From Vitrella brassicaformis CCMP3155 (lineage: Eukaryota; Protista; Chromerida), in contig CDMY01000077.1 in assembly GCA_001179505.1 (NCBI GenBank), forward strand, positions 158,080 to 222,079: a stretch of DNA of 64,000 nt, written 5' to 3'. The notes under the pieces are model-generated. The model was not told the DNA's origin and made no database searches. It was given only the letters and a program-made list of their open reading frames with translations. Below are positions 47,501-58,899 of the stretch, piece by piece (within the stretch, counting starts at the first letter, position 1; each line of letters opens with the position of its first letter). The position numbers and the translations under genes are program-made.

Positions 47501-50500
47501 ATCGGAAGCGCGTCATGGCTTGCTCGTAAGAGAACCTGCCGTGTCGGCGTTCGTTGTAGCCAGGTATGCCAGACATAAGGAACGTCTCCACAGATGACTT
47601 CCACTCGCCGTCAAACTCCTGGAACAACACATACGGAGCGGAAATATCGCAGTTGCACGTCTAGAGATCGTTTCTCGTCCGTGACGGCTTACTTTGTCAA
47701 GTTTCTTTTTCGCCCACGGCCTCTCGATGGGGACCCAGATGCCGCAGTGTTTGTCAAAGAAATCGCGAATCTGCAGCACATCAGACAATTGGTAAGAAGA
47801 TGTGCACGATGTCTCCTTGCTCAGTCACCTCTCTGGCATCCTCCATCCTGTCCAACAGGCAATAGACGCCGGACATCACCCCAAGAGTTGTCCTGATTGG
47901 GGCACCAGCGTCGTCCTGACCGTCAAGTGGACGAGCGCCCCAAAGCTTCAAGAGAGACAACACGGGCCCTGGGTGGTCGAGGCTGCTCTGCACCCCCAGA
48001 GCAGTCAGCGTCGGCTCCATCTCGGCAAACGGCCTCCCGGATCGAGCCAAGTAGGGCGCGAATTTCTGGAAGATCTGGACCACCGGACGCTCGGGCAGCC
48101 ACAGGTCCGATGGCCGATGAAGCGTTCCTCTGTCCGAAGGGAGCCACGGCAGGACTCGAAGAAGGACGAAGAAGGATGAGTGAAGCTCCGCACCGGCGGC
48201 GGACTTGACCGTGCTCACGCTGTCGATCTCGTCCTTGCACGAGTGCAGCACGGAGAGGAGCCGCATCAGCCTCTCCTCCACCTCCCGTGACACTTGGCCG
48301 CCCGTCAGTCCGACAGCATCCACCTCATCGGATCGCCGGACTGCCTCTTCGATGGCCGGCGAGGGAAGGAGTGCCATCAGCAGACGCTCCAAAGGCACGC
48401 ACTGGAAGTCCTTGATAGTGCTAGTGGCCGCACCGCTGTCCACTCCTTGAGGACACAGCTGTTGTCGCCAGACAGCTCGAGTGATGCACTCGAAGGGCCC
48501 ACCCTCCTCGCCAACCGAAGGGAACAGCGAAACTCTCCGTGGCATGACCCAGCAGAACCGCCGCACACCTATCTCCTGCAGGAACCTGGCCCACTTCTCG
48601 CGTGTGTCGTCCCTGTGCGGATGCCCGCCGGCATCGAGGTACACGGGGTGGATGAGCAGCCAATCAATGGGCGCGTCGGGGGGCTCAAGGCCAAACACAT
48701 CGACGGTGGGATCAAGCGTCTTCGAGAAGAGCATTGGCGAGGTGAGGGGGCTGGCCAGCACCAGCTGGACGTCAGAGTTGGGCTCGTCAGTGGGGATCGG
48801 CTTCAGTCCAGCGGGCAGCTCATCATGTGGATTGAGAGTGCGGTAGGTGCAGATGAGGCGAAGGGACACGAGGAGTTTTTCGACAGCGTCGCGATTCGGT
48901 AGCGATGCAAGAGACTCGTGGCCGCCGAGGTCGTGGAGATAGCATGCGACGCTGGCCCACACCTGCACATCACCACACCACCAACGAGAGATGTGCTTTG
49001 TCGGTGCGTCTGCTTGGTGGTCTATTCACCTGGGCGTCCGGCTCGTCATTCAGGTGCTGCGCAAGGAAGGCGATCAACAGCTCATCCGTGGCGTGTTTCA
49101 CACCAAACCTGTGGCAGAACACACAGAAATTTCGGTGCGCCCATGATGTTCCTGTCGCTACCTGCTTACCGTCCGAGCAGTTCAACAATCCGTGCCTTCT
49201 CATCGTCTTCCCTCCCCGCCCACAACGCCGGGTCGACAGTGGGCAGCTGAATCTCGAAGGCGTACTGCGACTGGTGGGTCTCGGCACACCAGTGCACGCC
49301 ACAGTTGCGCCACAGAGAGAACCTCTCGGCATCATGCTCCCCCTCCCATCGCGGCAGGAAGAGCTGACACGCGTTGGCCGCCATGCGGTGTCCTCCACGG
49401 ATGGGCACCAGCGGCAGCCCCTTCATCTGCTTCATGTGGGTGGCCTTCTCCTTGGTGTTGTGACGCGTGCCGGCGATGGAAACGTGTAGAATGAGGAAGA
49501 CCTTGCCGAGCCAGTCGATGGGCTTCTCCACCAGTTTGCCCGCCTCGTGAAGTCGCACCAGGTAGTTGAAGAAGAACGACGCTGAGCCGACCTCCATACC
49601 CAGCTGCCGCCCCCTCGTCTCAATGTTGCCTTGTCGCTCGAGCAGCTGGGCGATGGCGCGATGCACATACTTGAGCCCCATCGACTCATAGAGATCGGCT
49701 GGGGGGATGATGCTCATGAGATCATCGAGGCTGCCCGACGGCACCAGCAAGCAGCTGGAGGGCTCATGCCACTCGCCGTCGGCCGTCAGCACCCACGCAA
49801 TGCCCTTCTTGAGTCGGGACTGGAGACCTTCGACAACCGGGCGGTACCAGCTGCTCCTGTCGACCGACAGGTCGGGGAAGAGAGGCAGCAGGCGGAAGAG
49901 GAAGTCGGGGGGCAGGTGGGTGTCCGGATTGTCGCTGGCCATGGTGCTCTTGAGGACGATCACGGTGTCGACCATCAGGGATGCGAACTCGTCGCGGAGC
50001 CACAGATTCCACACGTTGTCCTCCTTCACCGTTTCTCGGCTGCTCGTGACGGTCCAGTCGGCCTGCAGCGTCATCTTCATCGGCCGAGCGGTGAGAGGCA
50101 GGTATGCACACACCGGCTGGTGGTCCATTTCGCCGTCAGCCTTGAGAGGCACTGCCACTTGAATGACGGTAGGCTCCACCCCATCGTCATTTTCGCTCTG
50201 ATCCTCACTCTTGAGCCGCCACGCTGTTAGCGTGGGCATCCTCTGCTGCCTCACGACCAGCCAGTCCTGGTGCTCGTCATCCTCCACCAAACGAATGATC
50301 TCCGCGTCGGTTTCGACACTCAGGCAAAGCGACGAGGTGGGCAGCTGGGCACGGTCTTGGCGCGCGAGCCTCCGGCGAATGGCCGTGACTCGGTTGACTA
50401 TCGACAGCTGCCGCAGTCGATTCAAAAAGAGCAGAAGGGGCGGATGGATGTTGCCGAGTTCCCTGGCGCATTTCTCGAGGAAGGACTGCTGGTAGCGGTT

Positions 50501-53500
50501 GTGTTCCTTGAAGGGCAGGTCAATCAGCGTCGTCCAGCTGTTGGTGGAGGCCTTGAGGCGCGTCTCGCGGTCGACAGTGATGTCGAAAAGGAGCTCACCA
50601 TCCGACGGCTCCACAACGGGGTCTTGGCCTGAACACACATCAGATCACACACATATGTAAGCAGCACCAGTATCGAGCTCCATCACTCCACCCCCTCACC
50701 GTGATGTGGCAGAATGTATCCAAGCCGCTTATCGGATGCATCGAAGAAAAGTGAGAAGCCATTCGAGCAGATGTGGGGCGTGTTGCTGACACTGAACACG
50801 GACTTGAAGCCAATGCCCTTTCGCCCGATGAGCCCGCTCTCGCCCCTCTTGCGTGACTTGGTCGACGAGCCGACGTCACAGATGGCGCGAATGTTCTTCT
50901 CCTCGAAGCCCTTCTCGTTGTTGAACAGCCGAATGCCGTCTTGAGAGAGGGTGAGCTGGAGACTGGGTATGACGCCATCATCATAATGATTATCGTCCGC
51001 GTTCTGAATCAGCTGCACACACATACAGGACAGGGAACGGATACTAGTGCTGCCCGGTGCGGTGTCTCTGTGTGTGCATTCACCATCCGACTCACCTCAA
51101 AGACAAAGTGAAAGTCCTTGTCGTAGAGGTCGGTGCTGATCTTCTGCAGCATCCTGCCCTGCCGCTTCTGGGCCTCGTCGATGCTGTGCTCGACGTGCTT
51201 CCGCAACTCGGCCGACATATGCACGTCCCGCAACTGACTCTCCAGATCAAGGTTCGATCGGATGTCCTCGATCACAGCCCTGAAAACGAACAAGAAATCG
51301 GCGTCATGGGGGTTGTTCTCGCCATGTGACGTGTTTCTCCCTACCAGCACTTCTGTCGCTGTGCATTGAAAGCAGATGGCTGGATGGGAGCCTGAAGTTT
51401 CTCGAGCACATCTGCTTCATCAGGCGGCTCAGCGCTCCCACCGTCTTCTTTTCTCACATTCACCGCCGGAGTTCTGCTCTCTGGCCGCTGTGTGGGCGCC
51501 TCAACCGCACTCATGTGCGAGCTGCTGTTGGAATACGACAACTCCTGAGCCACGTGCGTTGTATCATCGGCCGCTGTAGCCCCCTCACGCAAGGCCTCGA
51601 TCCACACAGGCAGATCCACCGCGTACGACACCGCAAAGAGCCGCTGCTGAGCCGCATGCGGGAGCCGGCGGACAAACGGGTCGCTCTGCCTCTCCCAATC
51701 CGGCATGAGCGCCTTAAGCGGTGCCAGCAAGGACGGGTGAATGATGTCGGACGACATAGCGATGGGTGGGGGAAGGGCCAGTAGGAGATCAAACAGAGTG
51801 CGCTGGAAGAGCGGGATCGACGTGCTGACTGTGCCGTCCTGCTGCTGCTGTTGTTGTTGTTGTGATGCCGCCTTGAGGTTGGCCCAGAATGTCTTGAAGG
51901 AATTGGCCAGCAGCTCGGACGAGGTCAGGTTTCGCACTCCGCCATTGGCGCAAAGGAAGGACGTGAAGTGAGAGGCCAGCCACCTGGAACAGCCAGAACG
52001 ACACAAGGAGTCATAAGCTGATAGGTGAAAGACGTGTGTGCACCACTCACGTTGGCTTGTGGACAGCATTGCGGTCTTCCAGGGCTCTGTATATGTCGGC
52101 CTTGTCACGAATTGCGACTTTCACGAAATGTCGGGTGCCAGTGAGGGGATCGACACAATGCAGCGCCGACACACACCTCTCAGCCAGGGCAGACCTGCAA
52201 TGACAAGAGAATCGGACAGACCCATCTAGCGGTCGTCACAACCTTCTGACCTGTGCTTCAGGATGAAAGTTTCTAGCGGCCCGTGTGTCCGCTGCAAGCG
52301 GAGTGGCCACAGGAGTGCACTGCCGATGCTCTCGAGCTCAGGCACCCTCCCCGACGCAATCAGGTCAATCACCTCCACCTCACTCAAGCAAGCACTCTCC
52401 TACAGTAGGCACAACCACATCAGCAGTACAGACATGGCTGTGTTGACCAGCATTCCATCGGTGCATGAGTAAATTAACCTTGTCGAGTGTCGAGGGAGGA
52501 GGTGCCAACAGACTGCCAAACACGAGACCACTTGCTTCTCCCACCTGGGCCTGTAATATATATTTGTCCATGCATGGACTTGTTGCTCCATCTGGTCGTT
52601 TGCTTCGCTCTCACCGTGTCGTTCATGTCCTGACTGGCCTCTGCGATATGCATCAGGCTGCTGACAGGACCACATCGAAGCCACGCCTCCTGCACCAACA
52701 GACACAAACAGAATCGTGTTGCATCACTTCCGAAGACCAATCATCGCTCACCTCTTCAATCCTGAACTCGGCGCACAAAGCACTCGTGACGGCCTCACCA
52801 GAAGCATCCAGGCCGTGTGTTGACGTGGCCGCGCCATGCTGGTGCAGAAAGTGAGTCACGAGCGGCATGGAGGGCAGCGAGGAAGGCTCGTCGAGTGGGC
52901 CGAGCGTCAAGTCGAAGCCCTTGTCCCTGAGCGGCTTCTCGTGCTCGGCGATAAACGATACGAAGCCAAGCGGGTACGCTGACGCGAAAACGTCATGCTT
53001 ACTCTGAGAATGGGAAGCAAAGCAGTGACAAAGTGGATGTGTGACAAGCGTCACGGGTCATCGTCCACCTGTTCAGTGAGCTGCTTGTGAATGTGGGATA
53101 TGGCTCGCTGCAGCACGCCCCACGACAGCGGTGACGACACCTCACTCAAGTACGCCAACAACAGGTCGAAGACCTCAGCTGCACACGGAAGCAAGACACA
53201 CAAATGTACACGGAACCAATGTGGTGTATATCGTCTCACCTTTGAGCTGCCTCTGCGTCTCTTCGTCCTCGAATTTAGACACATGAACGTGGGCGTTGAG
53301 CTGACGGAAGAGGAGCTCCTCGTGCAGCGATGGGCCTGCCGCAGTGCTGTCGGAAGCCTGGAGGCGAACCTCGTCGCCGGCCTGAGAGGGCAGCGGCGCA
53401 GCGAATGCCGACTCGACCTGACTAGTGATGTCCTTGTACTGAGACAAAAACGCCAAAAACGATGCCTGAAAGGACACAAAAAGTGACAGCACAAAGCGGC

Positions 53501-55557
53501 ATGAAGGACAGATGTGTCAGCGGTGCCGCACCTGGCGGAGATGAGGAAACTGCTGTGCTGCGGCACTCTCGAGCTCACACAGCCACCCAACCACCCCCTG
53601 CCGATCAGCACCTTGCTCTCCCATGGTCACCCGCTCGGCCACTGCCGACTTGAGCCACTCGTACGCCATCTGGTTCACTATCTCACGACTTGTCTGCTCG
53701 TGACGAACGGTATCACCCTCGGTACCACCAGGGCCAGCAGCAGACATGGTGTTCATTCGGCCCGGAAGGGCGACGGGCGACTGCTCTGCCGATTCAGGCC
53801 CGTTGCACACAGTTGAGGACTGCAGTGAGGGATCTCCCGAAGACTCTGCCGGCGCCGTGGGATTAGGCATTGGTGACGCCGGGAGGGAGGGCGGCACGTG
53901 GGATGGGATCGAGGGGCTGCTGACGCTCGCCGGATGCTCCTGCTGCTGCCTGTAGGCGAAGTAGAGGAGGGCGCCTAGCGCACAGTAGGTAGCAGGGGAG
54001 CAGACGTAGCTCTCGACGAGCCTTGCGACGGCCTGCTCGGCTGCCATGTCCGGCTGCCCGTGGAGCATCTCAGCAAACTCGCGACCGATGCGCTGCGCGT
54101 ATTGCTGATACTGAGAGGGGTCGGCGGCAACCTGCAGGAAAGGAAACAACGCAGGGCGGGTCTGACGGCGGCATTGAACCGTTGTGCGGGTTTGCGAGTA
54201 TGTGTTGTACCATTGTCGTGGCTCTCCGCAGGTCGCCGAAAATCTGCCTCTTGATCTCCTCACGCAACTTGTTGTCCTGGGCAGACAAACAAAAATCGAT
54301 GATGACAGTGCGTTTGTGAAGTCCCTCCGCTCATGCACACGTGCGCTTACCTCTTCACCCTGTGTGGTGAGGATGACTTTGGCCACAAATGGGAAGCGGG
54401 ACTCGTTGACGACCAAACCCAAATGGGCGAAGTTCTCCTGACCGAAGTCCGCCTTCCTCTTGAGCCACCCCACAAAGCCGTCCTTGGTGCACTTGCCGTC
54501 CGCTGAAAATAGAGGGGAAATGTGCAAACTCACGTGAGTGTGAGTGTGAGTGTGTGTTACTTACAGCCGTGCTTCTTTTTGACGTCATAGAAGTACTCGA
54601 TGAAGTGCTTGACCAGCTGCTGTCTGCCCACCGCCGTGGGGGCACGCTGTAGAGCCGCTGGCAAGTGGAACGCCTTCATCACGTCAGGCAGCAACCATAA
54701 GGGACCTACAACAACTCATCAAGAGATCACGCCTACTGATGCAATTCACAATATCTCCCTCCCATGCTAACCTAGCAATTCCATGAGATCCAGCTGCTTC
54801 TGCTTCTCAAAGTGTCGGCGTGCGGCCTGCTCGAAGTCCGTCACGCTCCCGAAGCTCTTCTGGAACGCGTAGACTTCAGCTAGGTCGCCAACGTCGGCCT
54901 CGGCGTCCCTCAGTCTTCTCAGTATTGGCACGAAGAAGGGGCCCTGGAGCATGCCCCTCTTGGTGGGCAGGCACACGCCTAGCTTACTGGCGTCCTCAAA
55001 CCCGTAAGCCTGAGGGATGACAGAAACGAGGAGGCAAAAGCATGGTGCGTGATATGAGTAGAGGCTAGGCATGTTGGTACCTGGCATATCTCCCTAATGA
55101 CATCAATGTATCTCGCCGGCTGGCCGTGCTGCTTGCGGCGCTCAACAATGTCGGTCGCTGCACGACTCACCTGCATACACCACACACACACACACACACA
55201 CTTGTGTGCACACAGTCCTTTACTTCTGCACACATGCATCATTTTGGCCCTTCTGCCTACTTGGTTCCGCCACATGAGTGCGTTGATTGCATGCACCGCA
55301 TTGAGATTCACACCCAGCTGTGTGATATCATCTATCTGAAAGCTGCGCGCCAGTTCCTGACACAGCTCCTGGTAGAAGACCTCATTAGAGGGATCCTCAT
55401 AAGGTGTCTTCTTGCGATGGGCCGAGATGAGCTCGATGGCGATTTCGCTGATCCGATTGTACCACTGCTGCTGCTGCTGCTGTTGCTGCGGGAAGTGCTG
55501 AGGACCGCCTCGCCGAGGAGGGCGGAAGGGTGACGGACTATCACCCTGTGAATGCAT
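44525..55557 (-). CDS. NOV: NO VEIN/sacsin-type GHKL (HATPase) ATPase fused to a C-terminal DUF3883 PD-(D/E)xK-like nuclease domain; ~11 kb, many exons
   Basis: GHKL motifs LYDKDFHFVFE|LIQNADDNHY, LFNNEKGFEEKNIRAICDVGSSTK and IGRKGIGFKSVFSVSNTPHICSNGF (~51130-50700). Downstream LLLFLNRLRQL, YLPL, LQADWTVTSSRE..KEDNVWNLWL are typical of NOV/sacsin. C-terminal GRAGERIVFEYL...WVNEEEESGLPFDI...VEVKSTS...DLSMNELRFA...YILYRV. Start MHSQGDSP at 55557. Confidence 0.9.
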
Positions 55558-56668
55558 TTGCGATAGATCTAGAGTACTGTAGAAACAGTCAGTAGCTCGT
55601 CAGCCAGATGCCTGCGAGAAGGAACACGTCAGCAGTCATCCACAGCAGGAATACACCAGTACTGTAGGAATAGATCAGACCACCAAGGGCGCCTCTTCGG
55701 CGAAAAAGCCACAGCATCTTCTTACAGGTGTTCCTTCACAGCGGTGAAGACCTCGCACTAATGTTGTTGTTGTGTTCTGCTATGTCTGCGCCGCACCTTA
55801 GGGCATCGGTGAAACCGCTGCTGGTGCAGCGGTTTGAGAGATTTTGCACGAGAGAGAAACGGGACCAACAAAGCCTTGATTGATAAACAAAGACGCATGA
55901 ACGTGGCAAAACGCACGATAGATGATGGCAAAACAGCGCAAAAAACACTGACACAGCGCCAAGCCTTACATGAGACAGCAACAGTCGAAACCGCAAAGGG
56001 CCGATGGCCTCGGAAGCACAGGAAGAGAGGACACCAAAGAGGGCAGCACCGGAAACTTCTCAGACAATTGGCTGACCAGTACGAACAACGGTGGGAAAAA
56101 ACGAGCGAACGAAACGGCAAGTGACAACAAAAGATGGGTGTTCAGCGGCCACACGGTGTTTTCTGCAGCCAGACAGAGGTTGTAAGCACCACCCACACGT
56201 GAAGAGACCCCACCGGATTGATTCATGAACTTGCGCCCAGACAGACAGACAGACAGTCAGACACGAGATGACACACACACCGGACAAAAAGGTGACACTA
56301 TCATCTGACGCCATGAGGCACTCCGGATGGACATCGACCAAGAGGAAACGAAAGCCAGTGAATGTGTGAATGAAAGCGAGGTGTGACCGACCGACCGACC
56401 GACAGACAGAAACGAGCAGACAGACAGAGCCAGTCAGACAAACAGAAGATGATAACACCACTCGACACACATGACATTCAAATCACAGACACTGCAGATG
56501 CAGTTAAGAAAAGACAGCACAGCACAGTAGTGAAATGGGCGGGCCAGCAGGCAGAGGCGGTGAGGGGCAACACGATGAGATCGTGCTTTGTGTGTGTGTG
56601 TGTGTGTGTGCCTCTCCCCTCTGCTCCCGCCCCGCCCGCTCGCTCGCTCGCCCGCCGGTCGGGCCGAC

Positions 56669-57449
56669 TTAGCGGACGCGGATGTGCACGTTGGTCCATT
56701 GACAGGTGGCGAGGGAATCGCGGTTGGACACCACGGCAAATGCCTCGATGTTGTAGTCCTTGTGAGGGGAGAAGCGCACGCGGCCGGGGCTGGTGAAGCT
56801 GAAGTCAAGGTGGGAACGCTGGGTGGAGAGCTTGACGATGATGCCCCTGCAACACACACACACACACACACATCATACACACACGCGCGCACACGCGCAC
56901 ACAGTGCAATGCGGACAGGAAGCGTTCACCTCTGCTTACTTGTTGGATGCGTAGGTGAAGGTGTCCTGAGGCATCGGCGACGCGTACACGAAGCCATCGG
57001 GGGAAGGGAGGAAGCGCCCACCAGACTGATCAAAGCACATACGCACACACGCGCACAGACAGACGCGTACACACAGAGACAACACAGCAGCCAGGCATCA
57101 TTAACCGATGCCTCCCTCTCTCATGCCCCGTCCTGGCCGTTGCCCACCCATTACCTACATGGATGGAGGCCCAGTTGGCCGCGCTCGTCTGGTGGTACAC
57201 TGTGACGAAGTGGCTGTCGTGATTTGAGCACCTGAGGCGGCCATCTCGCCTCCGGTTCATCCCAGCCCCGCACACGAAGCACCGGGGCCGAGGCCTCTCG
57301 CAGTCGGGGAAGCCACCACCTCTGTCGGGTCCTCGCAATCCGCCTCTGCCGCGGCCCAAGTACGCAGAGCCAGAGGCCCGCCAGGCCGTCACGCGCGTGG
57401 CGCAGAGGACGGCGAGGAAGAGAGCGACGCACACACTTGACGCCTTCAT
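56669..57449 (-). CDS. Small predicted secreted protein of unknown family (~185 aa, 3 exons), paralogue 1
   Basis: Signal peptide MKASSVCVALFLAVLCATRVTA, then RGG-rich linker and CFVCG...C. Introns in phase 0 (CAT|gtaggt) and phase 2 (AA|gtaagc) join SGGRFLPSPDGFVYASPMPQDTFTYASNK and GIIVKL...SPGRVRFSPHKDYNIEAFAVV...VHIRVR*. Confidence 0.75.
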
Positions 57450-57737
57450 CTGAAGCAAAAGAGAAAAAAGACGGCCACAAGGCAATCCACATGGACGCGT
57501 GCACACGTAGACCAAAGAAGCGCAGTGCACTCACCGGTGTGGCCGGCACAGAATGACGAGGGCCTCCTGAACGGACCGACTAGTGCAGGGCCGTTTGGGT
57601 GTAAAGTTAAGAAACCATATGAAGCGCCAAGTAGGAGGGTGGGCTTTGGCTTTGATTCATCGTTGAATGGACACACAAACATGGCATGAACATGTTCGTG
57701 TGTCCACTCAACGACCGCTCGCTTTTTTCCCCTTCTT

Positions 57738-57770
<33 letters not shown>

Positions 57771-57981
57771 CTTTCTTTCTTTTTCCCCCTTTTTTCTTTT
57801 CCCTTTTTTCCCCTTTTCCCTTTTCTTCTTGCTTTTTTCTGGGGTGGGTGCCCCAGCTGTATCAGATTCGCCAGAATGCCGATCATCTGCACACACACAC
57901 ACACACACATGTACACACATGTGCCCATGCGTCACCCCCCGGGGGTTGGCGGCTCACCCACGGCGTCGCATGCGGTCCTTG

Positions 57982-58574
57982 TCAGTTGACGTCGATCCGC
58001 ATGGCGGAGGCCGCCTCCGCTTGACTTTCGGCATGGGCGACGGCCTTGATGGTGTAGGGCACGTCCTTGTACAAGCGCACCGTTCCCGGCCGATTCCACG
58101 CAGGGTGGCGGACGCTCTCCACATAAGTCACGAGGAACAACCACCTTCACGATGAGGTTTTTGCAAATGCGATGGAAGGGTGAAAGAAGACGAGTGAGTG
58201 CTGTTGCGAACCTACCCAGGGTCGGCGTAGCTCGTGAAGGTGTGCTGAGGTTCGCGGTGTCCGTAGATGTATCCCTCGACGTCTTGAATGGGTCCAGCGG
58301 CCTGATAGACAGAGGGGGAGTCCGACGAATCTTCCCTCTGTGGCTTGCCTTCCCTCTCCCTTACCTCCCTGGCCTCCCAACGGGCGTCATCTATCTTGAT
58401 GTACAGCGTGGCATAGCATCTGTCGAAGCGGGGGCAACGCCCGTTGGCATCCAGTGTCGTGCCGCATATCGTGCATGGGGGGCGGTTGCCGGGCGGCGGG
58501 TCGGTGGACGTGCACTGCCACCCTTCCACGGTCACTTGGACCTCGCCTGGCCTCACTTGAACAGTCACAGGCAT
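57982..58574 (-). CDS. Paralogue 2 of the same small Cys-motif family (5' end uncertain)
   Basis: PPCTICGTTLDANGRCPRFDRCYATLY...EGYIYGHREPQHTFTSYADPG, then a phase-2 intron (58215-58145), then WLFLVTY...NRPGTVRLYKDVPYTIKAVAH...MRIDVN* (stop 57984-57982). Confidence 0.65.
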
Positions 58575-58899
58575 CAGTTCGGCTCCTGGCGGCGGGCGGG
58601 CGCTTCAGATCTGTGAACCCGGGGGGGAGGGACCTGGCGGAACCCGGATCTGTGGCACGATCGCGTGCGAGCTTGTCGCCTTCCTCCTCCCGATCTGAAG
58701 TCTGAAGGCGGAAACCAACACAACCGCGCAGGTTCACAAGAAAAGTGTCCCTTTTCGGCTCGTTGAGGGTGAGGTGCAGGTGTCTGGTCCTATACTTGGA
58801 CAGATCAAAGGGCCACAGTTGATGAATTCGCATCCTCTATTTCGCTGCTGTCGTTCACGCCTCATTCATTCATCTATCCATATCAAGGTCCTTCCCCTC

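Noticed and set aside
55736-56500. ORFs between the NOV start and the small secreted gene
   Set aside because: No motifs, low coding bias, and no consistent exon chain; probably UTR or promoter.
57720-57840. ~120-bp polypyrimidine/polypurine tract, plus G-runs at ~30325-30375 and ~33705-33725
   Set aside because: Could form triplex or G4 structures, but such tracts are common in this microsatellite-rich DNA, and the Lys/Arg-rich ORFs over them are artefacts.
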